Assembly (NCBI GenBank): GCA_963776345.1
Contig: CAVZMH010000016.1
Span: 256,001-320,000 of the forward strand
Reading direction: 5' to 3'
Origin: an uncultured delta proteobacterium
Lineage (GTDB): Bacteria; Myxococcota; Myxococcia; Myxococcales; Myxococcaceae
Length of the DNA stretch: 64,000 nt
Position numbers and translations under genes: made by a program. How positions within the stretch are numbered: position 1 is the stretch's first letter; every line of letters begins with the position of its first letter. This document shows, piece by piece, positions 37,039 to 49,433 of this stretch. The notes below the pieces were generated by a model that was not told the DNA's origin, made no database searches, and saw nothing but the letters and a program-made list of their open reading frames with translations.

Positions 37039-39990
37039 ATGAGCGACCTCCAGCCACTGCCCGCCTGGCTCGAAGCCGATGCGGCTGCGCTCGCGGGTGC
37101 CACTCCCCCGGCAGCCACGCTCGCCGGCGCCCTCCCCGGCCTCACCAGGGCACAGTCACTGACCCCGCTGCAGCGCCTGCAGCACCTGCAGCGGGCGGGG
37201 CTCGCCGAGTGCGCGCCGGGGGGGCAGCCCGTTCATCTGGCCTGGCGCCAGTTCCTGCGCGGTCACGGCCCGTCGGTGCTGGCGATCGACGCCACCAGCT
37301 TCGATGAGCGCGCCCGCGGGGCCGCCACGGTTCTCGGCGGCGCTCCTTGGCTGTTGGCCGAGGGGCTGATGATTGCTGCCGGCCTCCGCGACAGCGACAC
37401 CGTCGAGCTGCGCCTGCCCGCCGAGCTGACCGGTCGCGAGGCCCCCTTCCTGAACGCGGTGGATGCCATCCGAGCACTGGCGCAGGTCTCGGGACCGCGC
37501 AAGCGCATCGCGGTGCTGCGCGACTGCAAGCCGAGCAGCTGGGGCGAGGGCCCACCAGGGGACGGGGCGCGACTGGTGCACACGCCCGAGACCTGGTGCC
37601 GGATCGCCCTGCTGTTCGCGGACGCATCGGGACCCGATGCGTCGCTGCTCACCCTGCGCCGCGGCATGAAGCAGCGTGGCCTGGTCGAGCTGATTCGACC
37701 GGGCAACCTGCGCCGGCAGATCGACGACTGGGGCGGCGGGATCGAGGTCCAGGGCCAGGACCCGCTCGTGGTGTTCGACGACGGTCTCGGCGGCTTCCTT
37801 CCGCTGTCGAAGGCGGACCTGTCGTGCGAACCGCTGGCGCTCGCCGAAGCGGGAGTCGTCCCGGTGCCATCGACCCTGATGGTGATGGCGCCGGGGGTGT
37901 GCCTGGTCAAGCAGACCGGGCGCGCGCTGTATCGTCACTGGCAGGGTGCCGAGGGCGAGGAGGCCCCCGTGCGCGGGCTGCTGGCGCGCGCCGCCCGCCT
38001 GGTCGCGGAGATCTCGCTCGGGCGGGGGGACGACCTCCATCTCGCGTCACTCGACGAGCTGGCCCTCGATCTCGCCGCCCAGGGCCTCGCCGCGGCATGG
38101 CCCCTGGGCAGCTCGTTGCGCTATTTCCGTGAGCAGTGGCAGCAGCATGCACGCCGGGAGTCGTGTCCAGAGGGGCTGTGCCTGGAGCGCAACGCCGCGC
38201 CCTGCCACCGCACCTGTCCGGCCAATATCGACATCCCGAGCTTCATGGCCCATCTCGGCCGTGGCGACCATCGCGCGACGATCGAGACCATCCGGCGCGA
38301 CAACCCACTGCCGCTGGTCTGCGGCCTGGTCTGTCCGGCGCCATGCGAATCGGCCTGCGTGCGAGCCAGCAGCGATGGCGCGGTGTTCATCCGGCCGTTG
38401 AAGGCCAAGGCCGCCGAACATTGCCTGGCCAATGGGGGCTATCCGAAACCCGAGATCGCGGCCGCCACCGGCAAGCGGATCGGCATCATCGGCTCCGGTC
38501 CCTCCGGCCTCACCGCGGCCTACTACCTCCGCACCTACGGCCACCAGGTCGAGATCTTCGAGGCGCAGGAAAAGGCCGGAGGCATGCTGCGCTATGGCAT
38601 CCCTGCGTATCGCCTTCCGCCGGAACTGCTCGAGCAGGAGCTCGACCAGATCCGGGTCCTGGGCATTCCGATCCACACCAGCGCCAAGGTCGGCAGCCTG
38701 GAGGCATTCCGAAAGAACTATGACGCCGTCTTCCTCGGACTGGGCACCCAGATGGCCCGCCTGCTCCCCATCGAAGGCGTGCATCAGCCGTTCGTGCTGG
38801 GCGGCATCGACTTCCTGCGTTCGGTGCGCAGCGGCGAAGCGATGCCTGTCGGGCCGCGCGTCGTGGTCATCGGGGGCGGCAACGTGGCGATCGACGTGGC
38901 GCTCACTGCGTTGCGCCAGGGCGGAAAGCAGGTCGACCTGGTGTGTCTAGAGAAGCGGCGCGACATGCCGGCCAGCCCGCACGAGATCGAGGAGGCTGTC
39001 GCCGAAGGCGTGCAGGTGCGGGCGGGATGGGGTCCGCTGCGCATCGAGGAGGAGGGCGAGGTCGTCTTCCAGTTCTGCGAGAGCGTGAAGGACGCCACCG
39101 GCAAGTTCAATCCCCAGTTCGACACCGCTCGCCTCCTGACGCTCGAGGCCGATCATGTGCTCCTGGCCGCGGGCCAGGGCACCGACCTGGCGATCCTGGA
39201 AGGTAGCGAGGTCGAGAACACACGGGGCTTCATCGTCGCGGATCCGAAGACGCTGATGACCAAGGTGCCGGGAGTCTTCGCCGGCGGCGACGCGCAGCAG
39301 GGTCCACGCACGGCGGTCGAGGCGATCCGAGCCGGCAAGATCGCCGCCTCCGCCATCGACGCGTGGCTGCGCGGCGCGCCGATGGACAAGACGACCGGCA
39401 AGCCGGTCCGCCGCGCCGAACTCGTCCCGCTGGTGGTCGAGGCACGGGATCGCAGCCATCGCCGGCGGGCGATGATGCCCGAGAAGAGCGTGGAAGAGGT
39501 GCTCGGCGAAGGCAACTTCGTGCGCATCGAGCAGGGCTTGACCGACACCATGGCGCAGGAGGAGGTGCGCCGCTGCTTGCGCTGTGACGTGTGCATCGGC
39601 TGCGGCCTGTGCATGGCCGCGTGCAGCGAGATGGGCATCGAGGCGCTGCGCATGGGCGACACGACTGCGGGCCGGCTCGCCTACTTCGACTTCACCCGGC
39701 CGGCGGAGCGCTGCATCGGCTGCGGTGCCTGCAGCCAGGTTTGCCCGACGGGCGCGATCCGCGTCGAGGACCGGGACGGAGTGCGGCGCACGATCATCAC
39801 CGGCACGGTCGTGAAGGAGCAGCCCTTGCTCGCCTGCAGCGAATGCGGCGGCCCGACACAGACCGCCGCCCACCGTGACTACGTCCGCCGGCGCCTGCCG
39901 GATCACATGGCGGCGCTGCTGGACCGCGAGCTGTGTCAGTCGTGCGCACGCGGGCGCGCCGATCGCCCCAGGTCGGGGCTGCGAGTCTGA
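37039..39990 (+). CDS. Multi-domain FAD/Fe-S NAD(P)H oxidoreductase: degenerate NuoF domain + GltD-like core + ferredoxin tail
   Basis: APCHRTCP, CGLVCPAPCESAC; IGSGPSG; GGMLRYGIP.YRLP; VIGGGNVAID; FAGGD; CIGCGLC..C, CIGCGAC..CP, CSEC, CQSC. Confidence 0.85.
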   Translation: MSDLQPLPAWLEADAAALAGATPPAATLAGALPGLTRAQSLTPLQRLQHLQRAGLAECAPGGQPVHLAWRQFLRGHGPSVLAIDATSFDERARGAATVLGGAPWLLAEGLMIAAGLRDSDTVELRLPAELTGREAPFLNAVDAIRALAQVSGPRKRIAVLRDCKPSSWGEGPPGDGARLVHTPETWCRIALLFADASGPDASLLTLRRGMKQRGLVELIRPGNLRRQIDDWGGGIEVQGQDPLVVFDDGLGGFLPLSKADLSCEPLALAEAGVVPVPSTLMVMAPGVCLVKQTGRALYRHWQGAEGEEAPVRGLLARAARLVAEISLGRGDDLHLASLDELALDLAAQGLAAAWPLGSSLRYFREQWQQHARRESCPEGLCLERNAAPCHRTCPANIDIPSFMAHLGRGDHRATIETIRRDNPLPLVCGLVCPAPCESACVRASSDGAVFIRPLKAKAAEHCLANGGYPKPEIAAATGKRIGIIGSGPSGLTAAYYLRTYGHQVEIFEAQEKAGGMLRYGIPAYRLPPELLEQELDQIRVLGIPIHTSAKVGSLEAFRKNYDAVFLGLGTQMARLLPIEGVHQPFVLGGIDFLRSVRSGEAMPVGPRVVVIGGGNVAIDVALTALRQGGKQVDLVCLEKRRDMPASPHEIEEAVAEGVQVRAGWGPLRIEEEGEVVFQFCESVKDATGKFNPQFDTARLLTLEADHVLLAAGQGTDLAILEGSEVENTRGFIVADPKTLMTKVPGVFAGGDAQQGPRTAVEAIRAGKIAASAIDAWLRGAPMDKTTGKPVRRAELVPLVVEARDRSHRRRAMMPEKSVEEVLGEGNFVRIEQGLTDTMAQEEVRRCLRCDVCIGCGLCMAACSEMGIEALRMGDTTAGRLAYFDFTRPAERCIGCGACSQVCPTGAIRVEDRDGVRRTIITGTVVKEQPLLACSECGGPTQTAAHRDYVRRRLPDHMAALLDRELCQSCARGRADRPRSGLRV

Positions 39991-40019
39991 ACCGATGTGA
40001 AGCACTCTGGGTGCCTCGA

Positions 40020-40994
40020 ATGAGCGTCATCCCGTCGATCCTCGTCGCCATTTCCCTCTGCGCCGAGTCCACCGCGGCCGCTGGAGGCGAGACGGGGCAG
40101 CTCACGCCCACACCGGCCGAGCAGAAGCTGACGCGCGAGCTGGGCGGCCACACGTTCCTGCCCTCCCACGTCATCGACAGCCCGTTCTCGGAGACGTTCG
40201 TCTGGTTGTCCATCGGGCTCGGTGCCGGAGAGGCGCTGGGCAGCACCCTCCAGCTGAACCCACCGGCCATCCTCCCCGAGAGCCGGTGGTACGGCTTCAC
40301 CGGCCTCGGCCTCCTGGCGTCCGGCGGCGTTCGGATCCTCGAGTACCTCTCGCTACGCGCGGCCGTCGGCACCGAGGCCTACATCGGGAACGGGACGGAC
40401 GCCGCGCTCACGGTCGGGAGCAGCGCGCGCATCACCGCAGGGTTGGGCGCAAAGGGCAGCTTGCCCGTGGGCGAGACGCTCCGGTTCGCTGCGACCTTCG
40501 ACGCGACCTACGGTCCGGTCTACTCGGTTCTCATCGCCGAGGGACTGCTCGACGCCATCAACAGCGGGCGGATCAGCGCCTCGGAGTTCGTCCAGAACTA
40601 CAGCACCTTCACCTGGACTGGTGGGCTCGTCGGATCGTGGGCTCCGTGGCCCTTCCTGGGCTTCACGCTCAATGGCAGATTCCTGTTACCCACCAAGAAC
40701 GGAAAGGCCTCCTATGCCCAGAACGGCATCTTCGCGGCCGCGATGGCGGACTTCGACGCGCGGCCGATCTGGTCGTGGCTTCCCATGGGCCTGAGCGCCG
40801 CCTACTCGGTCATCGCGCCCACCAGCGGGAACGGAGTCTCCGCGCTGCAGACGTTCGGGTTCGGGCTCTACTACACCGGGCGTCGCGACCTCGGACTCGG
40901 CCTTCAGTTCGAGTGGAGAACGGGCACGCTGGCGAGCGGGCAGAGCAGCCGGGCCGCTCTCGGCTTTCTGGACCTGAAGTACTACTGGAACTGA
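40020..40994 (+). CDS. Putative outer-membrane beta-barrel protein (paralog of 30796-31854)
   Basis: Signal peptide; LGGHTFLPS; GLYYTGR..LGLGLQ; ends LKYYWN. Confidence 0.65.
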   Translation: MSVIPSILVAISLCAESTAAAGGETGQLTPTPAEQKLTRELGGHTFLPSHVIDSPFSETFVWLSIGLGAGEALGSTLQLNPPAILPESRWYGFTGLGLLASGGVRILEYLSLRAAVGTEAYIGNGTDAALTVGSSARITAGLGAKGSLPVGETLRFAATFDATYGPVYSVLIAEGLLDAINSGRISASEFVQNYSTFTWTGGLVGSWAPWPFLGFTLNGRFLLPTKNGKASYAQNGIFAAAMADFDARPIWSWLPMGLSAAYSVIAPTSGNGVSALQTFGFGLYYTGRRDLGLGLQFEWRTGTLASGQSSRAALGFLDLKYYWN

Positions 40995-41014
40995 CTCCGA
41001 CCGGAGGACCCGCG

Positions 41015-43754
<2,740 letters not shown>

Positions 43755-43837
43755 CACAACGGGAAAGCTGGTAGGCCCGGGCGTCGTCGGCCGGTGAAGA
43801 CGGCTGGCCTCTGGAACACAGCGCAGGCGAGACGACG

Positions 43838-44746
43838 ATGAAACACGGCGTGAAGGCGATCGGGCTGGGGCTGGCGGTGCTCATCGCTCCGTTGCCGTCC
43901 GGCGCTCAGGGCCGCGTGGTCGCGCCCGGCGCCAGACTGGAGAAGCTCGCCGGCGGCTTCGCGTTCACCGAGGGGCCCACCTGCGACGGGGAGGGCAACC
44001 TCTTCTTCACCGATCAGCCGAACGATCGAATCCTGAAGTGGAGCGTGGAGGGCAAGCTGGTCACCTTCCTGCAGCCAGCCGGCCGCGCCAACGGGATGTA
44101 CTTCGGCCCCGGCGGAAACCTGATCGCCTGCGCCGACGAGAAGACCGCTCTGTGGTCCATTGCGCCGAGCGGCACGGTCACCGTGATTGTCGACAAGTAC
44201 GAGGGCAAGCACCTGAACGGCCCGAACGACGTCTGGGTACGGCCGGACGGCGCGCTCTACTTCACCGATCCGTTCTACCCGCGGAGCTGGTGGACGTACG
44301 ACGCGATGCCGCAGGATGGAGAGCACGTCTATTTCCTCTCCGCCGATCGCCGACACCTCGTGCGTGTGACCCATGACCTCGAGAAGCCCAACGGGATCAT
44401 CGGAACGCCCGACGGGAAGACGCTCTACGTGGCGGACATCGGCGCGGGAAAGACGTACCGGTACGAGATCGCGCCCGGCGGCGAGCTCACTCGCAAGACG
44501 CTGATCGCCAGGCACGGTTCCGACGGGATGACACTCGACGGCGAGGGCAATCTCTACCTGACGGGCGATGGGGTCACGGTGTTCGACAAGGCAGGCCGGC
44601 AGATCGAGCAGATCCAGGTCCCCGGCGAGCGCTGGACGGCGAACGTCAGCTTCTGCGGCAAGGACCGGCAAGCACTCTTCATCACCGCGAGCACCGGCCT
44701 GTACCGGGTCAGGATGCGGGTGAAGGGTGCCAACCCGGCAAAGTGA
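43838..44746 (+). CDS. SMP-30/gluconolactonase family protein (signal peptide)
   Basis: FTEGP, ANG, LNGPND, YFTDP, PNGI, SDGMTLDGEGNLY, TANVSF. Confidence 0.9.
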   Translation: MKHGVKAIGLGLAVLIAPLPSGAQGRVVAPGARLEKLAGGFAFTEGPTCDGEGNLFFTDQPNDRILKWSVEGKLVTFLQPAGRANGMYFGPGGNLIACADEKTALWSIAPSGTVTVIVDKYEGKHLNGPNDVWVRPDGALYFTDPFYPRSWWTYDAMPQDGEHVYFLSADRRHLVRVTHDLEKPNGIIGTPDGKTLYVADIGAGKTYRYEIAPGGELTRKTLIARHGSDGMTLDGEGNLYLTGDGVTVFDKAGRQIEQIQVPGERWTANVSFCGKDRQALFITASTGLYRVRMRVKGANPAK

Positions 44747-44764
44747 TCACGAGGAGAGACGCAC

Positions 44765-45814
44765 ATGAAGGCCATCACCGTAGAGCCGAAGGTCCCAGGG
44801 ACGGCGCGCCTGGCGGATATCCCCGAGCCCGAAGCGACCAGCGGGTCGATCCTGGTGGAAGCCATCGCCGTTGGGGTCTGCGGGACCGACATCGAGATCG
44901 TGGAGGGGAAATATGGATGGTCCCCGCCGGGCAAGACGCGTCTGGTGCTGGGCCATGAATCCCTCGGCCGCGTGGTGGACCCGGGCCCGGGCGGCTCGCT
45001 CCAGAAGGGGGATCTCGTGGTCGGCATCGTCCGGCGTCCCGATCCCGTCCCCTGCCCCAACTGCGCCGTCGGTGAGTGGGACATGTGCCGGAACGGCCAG
45101 TACACCGAGCGCGGCATCAAGCAGGTCGACGGCTACATGTCGGAGCGCTGGCGGATCGAGCCCGAGTACGCCGTGAAGATCGACCGCTCGCTCGGCTTGC
45201 TGGGCGTGCTGCTCGAGCCCACGACCGTCGTCACCAAGGCGTGGGAGCAGGTCGTCGCGGTCGGGCAGCGGGCCTTCTGGGAGCCAAAGACCGTCCTGGT
45301 GACCGGGGCTGGCCCGATCGGTCTTCTTGCCGCCCTCATCGGGAAGCAGCGCGGGCTCGAGGTCCACGTCCTCGACCGGGTCGACTCGGGACCCAAGCCG
45401 GAGCTGGTTCGTGCGCTGGGGGCGACCTATCACACCGGTACCGTCGGGGGCGTGGGTTTCCAGCCCGACGTGATCATCGAATGCACCGGTGTCGGGCAGG
45501 TCATCAGGGACGCCTTCTCCGGTATCGGGCCGGGCGGTGTCGTGTGCCTCACGGGGGTCGGGGCAGGCGGGTCCACGGTTGGTCCATCCGTGGCTGACCT
45601 CGCTGCAGCGGCAGTGCTCCGGAACAACGTGGTCGTCGGCAGCGTCAATGCGAACAAGCGGCACTGGTACAAGGCCGGCGAGGCGCTGGCCCGCGCGGAC
45701 CGGTCCTGGCTCAAGCGCCTGTTGACGCGGAGCGAGCGGCCGGAGGATTTTGCCCAGGCCCTGCAGCGACGGGAGGACGACATCAAGGTCATCGTCCAGT
45801 TCGCGGAGGCCTGA
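44765..45814 (+). CDS. Zn-dependent (MDR) glucose 1-dehydrogenase
   Basis: VGVCGTD, LGHE, IVRRP, CPNC...DMC, YTERGI, LLEP, GAGPIG, GSVNA. Confidence 0.85.
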   Translation: MKAITVEPKVPGTARLADIPEPEATSGSILVEAIAVGVCGTDIEIVEGKYGWSPPGKTRLVLGHESLGRVVDPGPGGSLQKGDLVVGIVRRPDPVPCPNCAVGEWDMCRNGQYTERGIKQVDGYMSERWRIEPEYAVKIDRSLGLLGVLLEPTTVVTKAWEQVVAVGQRAFWEPKTVLVTGAGPIGLLAALIGKQRGLEVHVLDRVDSGPKPELVRALGATYHTGTVGGVGFQPDVIIECTGVGQVIRDAFSGIGPGGVVCLTGVGAGGSTVGPSVADLAAAAVLRNNVVVGSVNANKRHWYKAGEALARADRSWLKRLLTRSERPEDFAQALQRREDDIKVIVQFAEA

Positions 45815-46597
45815 TGAAGGACCGGAGCGCCCGGATGTTTCCCTGGCAGGTGCTCGCCTCCGAGCTGGCCGGCACGGCAGTGCTGGTCCTGGTCGGACTG
45901 TCGCTGGTCATCCTGATGTTCGGAGACGGCAGCCCCATCATCCGGGTCGTTCCGAGCGAGGCGGTGCGACGTCTCATCACCGGGTTCCTCTTCGGCAGCA
46001 CGGGCGCGCTGATTGCGCTCTCCCCTGTCGGGAAAGGAAAGTGGAGCCCATCTCAACCCGGTCGTCACCCTGGGCTTCTGGCTGGCGGGCAAACTCGATG
46101 CGCGGACCGCCGTGGGCTACGTCCTGGCTCAGCTTGCCGGTGCCTGCGTGGGCGCCCTGCCCCTCCTCGCCTGGGGCGCGATGGGTCGGAGCGTGGCGTT
46201 CGGCGCCACGCTGCCGGGCAAGGACCTCCCGATCGGGGTCGTCCTGCTGGGCGAGGTGTGGACGACCTTCGCCTTGCTCGCAGGCCTCTGCGTCTTTCTT
46301 GGATTCCGAACACTTCGCCCATTCACTCCAGCGCTGTTTCCCTTCCTCTATTCCTTCATGGTGTGGGCGGAGGCACCCATTTCTGGAACCAGCACGAACC
46401 CCGCGCGAAGTCTCGGTCCTGCGCTCATCTCCGGGGAATGGCAGGGGTGGTGGATCTACTGGGTCGGCCCGCTGATCGGCACCCTGGTGGCAATCGCCAC
46501 CTTCAGCTTTCTCGCAAGACGGATCTCGGTCGCGAAGCTCTACTACTTCGATAGCGACCCTCATCGCGTGTTCTTCAAGGCCGCTGGAGGGCCTTGA
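45814..46597 (+). CDS. MIP/aquaporin family channel, +1 frameshift near 46030-46036
   Basis: SELAGTAVLV in the first frame; SGAHLNPVVT and SGTSTNPARSLGP in the second frame. Confidence 0.85.
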
Positions 46598-46637
46598 GCC
46601 GGGGGCACGAGGTCACAGCGACATCGATCCAAGGCAC

Positions 46638-47582
46638 TCACGGCGCGGTCGCGTCAGCCGCGTCGACGGACAGCCAAACGCGCAGCCGGGGTTCCAGCCA
46701 GCCAAGCGTCGAGAGGAACAGCGCGGCGACGGTCAGGTTGAATGTCAGGTGGGCCCAGGCGACAGCCATCGCGGGCTCGCCCGTTCGGAGCATCCAGCGC
46801 GTGAACGGCCCCAGGAAGGGTAAGAACAGCAACACGCCGGTCGCGTTGAACAAGAAGTTGGTGATCGCCGTCGCGCGCGCCACTGGGCGCATTCGAATGC
46901 TGGCGACGAGCGCGGTCGAGGTGGACCCCACGTTGGCGCCGAGCACGATCGGGATGGCAGATTCAGCCGGCAGGACACCCTGCTGCACCAGCAGAATCGC
47001 GAGGCCGGTCGTCACGCTGCTGGACTGGACCACGCCCGTGAACACGAGCCCCATCAGCAGGGCGATGAGCGGCGTGGTCGCCATGGCCAGCCCCCCCTGG
47101 AACCATGGTTGTGCCTGCAGGGGTTTGAGCTCCGCCGAGACGAGATCGAGCGCGAAGAAGACCAGTCCGAAATAGAAGACGGCCTTGCCGATGGCGCTTG
47201 CGCGAACGGGGAGCGCCGACAGCAGCGCGCCCAGGACGATGAAGAACGGACCAATGCCCGTCAGCTTGAATGAGACGAGCCACGCCGTCGCGGTGGTGCC
47301 GACGTTCGCGCCAAGGACGATGCCAAGGCTGCCGCGGAAGCTGATGACCCCTGCATCCACCAGCGACACCGCGAGCGCCGTGATCGCGCTGCTCGACTGC
47401 ACGATGGCTGTCGCGACCGCGCCGATCAGGAAGCCGCGCCAACGGCTCTCGGTCACTCTGGGCAGCCACGACTTCAGCGCCGCACCGCCGACCGCCTGCA
47501 CTTCGCGGCTGAAGCCCTGCAGGGCCTGCAGGAACAGGATGATGGCCGCGGCCGCAGCGATAATCCCCTGAAGCGGTGTCAT
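46638..47582 (-). CDS. Na/Pi cotransporter family protein (no PhoU tail)
   Basis: Duplicated VQSSS and LGANVG motifs; start MTPLQGII. Confidence 0.88.
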   Translation of the reverse strand: MTPLQGIIAAAAAIILFLQALQGFSREVQAVGGAALKSWLPRVTESRWRGFLIGAVATAIVQSSSAITALAVSLVDAGVISFRGSLGIVLGANVGTTATAWLVSFKLTGIGPFFIVLGALLSALPVRASAIGKAVFYFGLVFFALDLVSAELKPLQAQPWFQGGLAMATTPLIALLMGLVFTGVVQSSSVTTGLAILLVQQGVLPAESAIPIVLGANVGSTSTALVASIRMRPVARATAITNFLFNATGVLLFLPFLGPFTRWMLRTGEPAMAVAWAHLTFNLTVAALFLSTLGWLEPRLRVWLSVDAADATAP

Positions 47583-47846
47583 GCGGTGGGTCCCGTGGCG
47601 CGTCAGCCTACGACTCGCCCGCGCCCGTCTCCAAGGGAGAACGTGCCGGATTCCGTGGGCGGGTGAGCCGCTACGCAGCCCCGGTCGGCGGCTGGCATTC
47701 GGCAACCTCCGTTCACTCCTGAGGCAGTCCAGGGCGGCTGGAGAGCTCGGCCGGAGCGGAAGGCTCCTCCGACTCCCCGATGACGGACTTTGTTCCGCCC
47801 GGTGCCGGGCGAGACAAGTGACGACTTGTCCTCGACAGGACGAGAC

Positions 47847-47939
47847 GTGCAGGCGACGATTGGGGAACGCGTTTCTCGCTGTTGGTGGGTGAGCCTTCTG
47901 CGAGGGGTGACCGCGGTGCTCTTCGGCGTCTGGGTGCTC
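47847..47939 (+). pseudogene. Degenerate 5' fragment of an hdeD/DUF308 gene, in frame with the next ORF
   Basis: [27 protein letters not shown] versus VQATIGNLFSRYWWMVLLRGVIAVLFG at 52393. Confidence 0.8.
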
Positions 47940-47981
47940 GCCGACGAATTGGAAAGGGACCGGGGGCGAACGCCGGCGACG

Positions 47982-49433
47982 TTGCCTCCGATCTCCGGCA
48001 TCCTGGTCCTGGTTGCCGTCGCGACCGCGGGCCTTTCGCGGCCGGCCTTCGCCTTCGACAGCAAGGGGCACAACGTCATCGAGGCCCTGGCCTACAGGAC
48101 GCTGGTCGAGGGACACGGGGGACAGCCTGCCCGTCCCGAGGTGCTTCGCGACCTGATCAACGACGGCGCCCTCGATGCCCCTTGGTGCTTCGGACGCGGG
48201 GACTCGCCCCCGGGCGAGTGCCTGACAGCGCCTGCCGAGAACCCTCTCCTCTCCTGGCCCCAGCCGGAGACCGACCGGCCGGATGCCTTCTTCCGGCGCC
48301 AGTTCAGCGATGCGGGACAGTGCTTCCATTACATGGGGACGCTCACCGACAGCCTCACGGATCCGATCCCGGGAACCTCCGTCCCCCGCGCCCTGGCCAC
48401 GAGCGCCATCGTGCGCTGCAACGACCTCCTCGACCGTCTCCTGCGACAGGTCGTCGTCGACGGCGGGCCAGGCACGCGCCGGAGCGGCTTCGGGCTCTAC
48501 GAGATGATGCACTCCGTCGAGGACTCCTTCTCCTTCTCTCACGCGGAGCGGACGCCCGATGGGATCGACTACCTCCGCGTCTGGAAGCCGATCGAGAAGA
48601 TCGCCGGCCTCCCGACGGAGCGCGCGAGCAAGATTCCCGACGGCGTCTTCCACAAGTGGGACGACCACCGGGACAAGACCTACGTGGTCGAGGGAGGTGC
48701 CGAGGCCTGCGACCAGCGCACGGATCATCCGTACGACGTTCCGTACGGGTGCCTCTCCGTGGAGGGAGACCGCGCCCGCCAGGCGATCGCCGAGCTCCTG
48801 GTCCTCGTGCGCGACCTGCGCCTCGCTCAGCTCGCCGTGCCCCCCGGAACGGATAGCCGGCCCGAGTCTTCGCCCCAGTGGCGGGAGTACCGGGCGAAAT
48901 GGTTCACCCCGGTCCATTCCTGCGAGGGAGCCGAATGCGCCGTCCGTCAGCCTCCCGAGACCGTCCCGGGAAAGTACGCCTTCCTGGGGATCGATACGGG
49001 CGTCCAGACACCGGGAATCTTCGAGGTGACCGCGCGGGGCTCGGTCTTGCGCTACGCCGAAGGGCTCAACCCCTTCGTCTACTCCGTGAGCGCCAGTCTC
49101 GGGTACCAGTACCGGAAGGACGGCGGGAGCGCCGGTGTCGTGGGCCTCGGCGTCGGACTCGTCCTGCCCCTGGGGCTCAGAGCCGCCCTCGGCCTCACGC
49201 CCGCGGAGCTGCGGACCGTCTTCGGGGGTTCCGGCGGTGGGTTCGAGCTGCTGACGCGACTGCTCCGGTTCGACTACGCGCTGGGTGACCGGTTCGTCCT
49301 CTCCGTCGAGGCGCCGCTGGTGGTGAACTGGGTGCAGCCCGCCGCGCACTGGTCATTCGCCGTCGGGTTCAGCTACGGGCTCTTCTCGCCGAGGGTCGTC
49401 GAGGGCGACACCCTCCTCCACCCCAGGACGTGA
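47982..49433 (+). CDS. Exported protein with Zn-PLC/P1-nuclease-like His motifs and beta-rich C-terminus (start uncertain)
   Basis: Signal peptide ...[32 protein letters not shown]; amphipathic strands at the C-terminus. Confidence 0.6.
   Translation: MPPISGILVLVAVATAGLSRPAFAFDSKGHNVIEALAYRTLVEGHGGQPARPEVLRDLINDGALDAPWCFGRGDSPPGECLTAPAENPLLSWPQPETDRPDAFFRRQFSDAGQCFHYMGTLTDSLTDPIPGTSVPRALATSAIVRCNDLLDRLLRQVVVDGGPGTRRSGFGLYEMMHSVEDSFSFSHAERTPDGIDYLRVWKPIEKIAGLPTERASKIPDGVFHKWDDHRDKTYVVEGGAEACDQRTDHPYDVPYGCLSVEGDRARQAIAELLVLVRDLRLAQLAVPPGTDSRPESSPQWREYRAKWFTPVHSCEGAECAVRQPPETVPGKYAFLGIDTGVQTPGIFEVTARGSVLRYAEGLNPFVYSVSASLGYQYRKDGGSAGVVGLGVGLVLPLGLRAALGLTPAELRTVFGGSGGGFELLTRLLRFDYALGDRFVLSVEAPLVVNWVQPAAHWSFAVGFSYGLFSPRVVEGDTLLHPRT

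Noticed and set aside
47583..49349. Long N-terminal extension of the Na/Pi ORF (903 aa in the track)
   Set aside because: It is the antisense of the plus-strand exported protein; transporter similarity begins at MTPLQG (47582)
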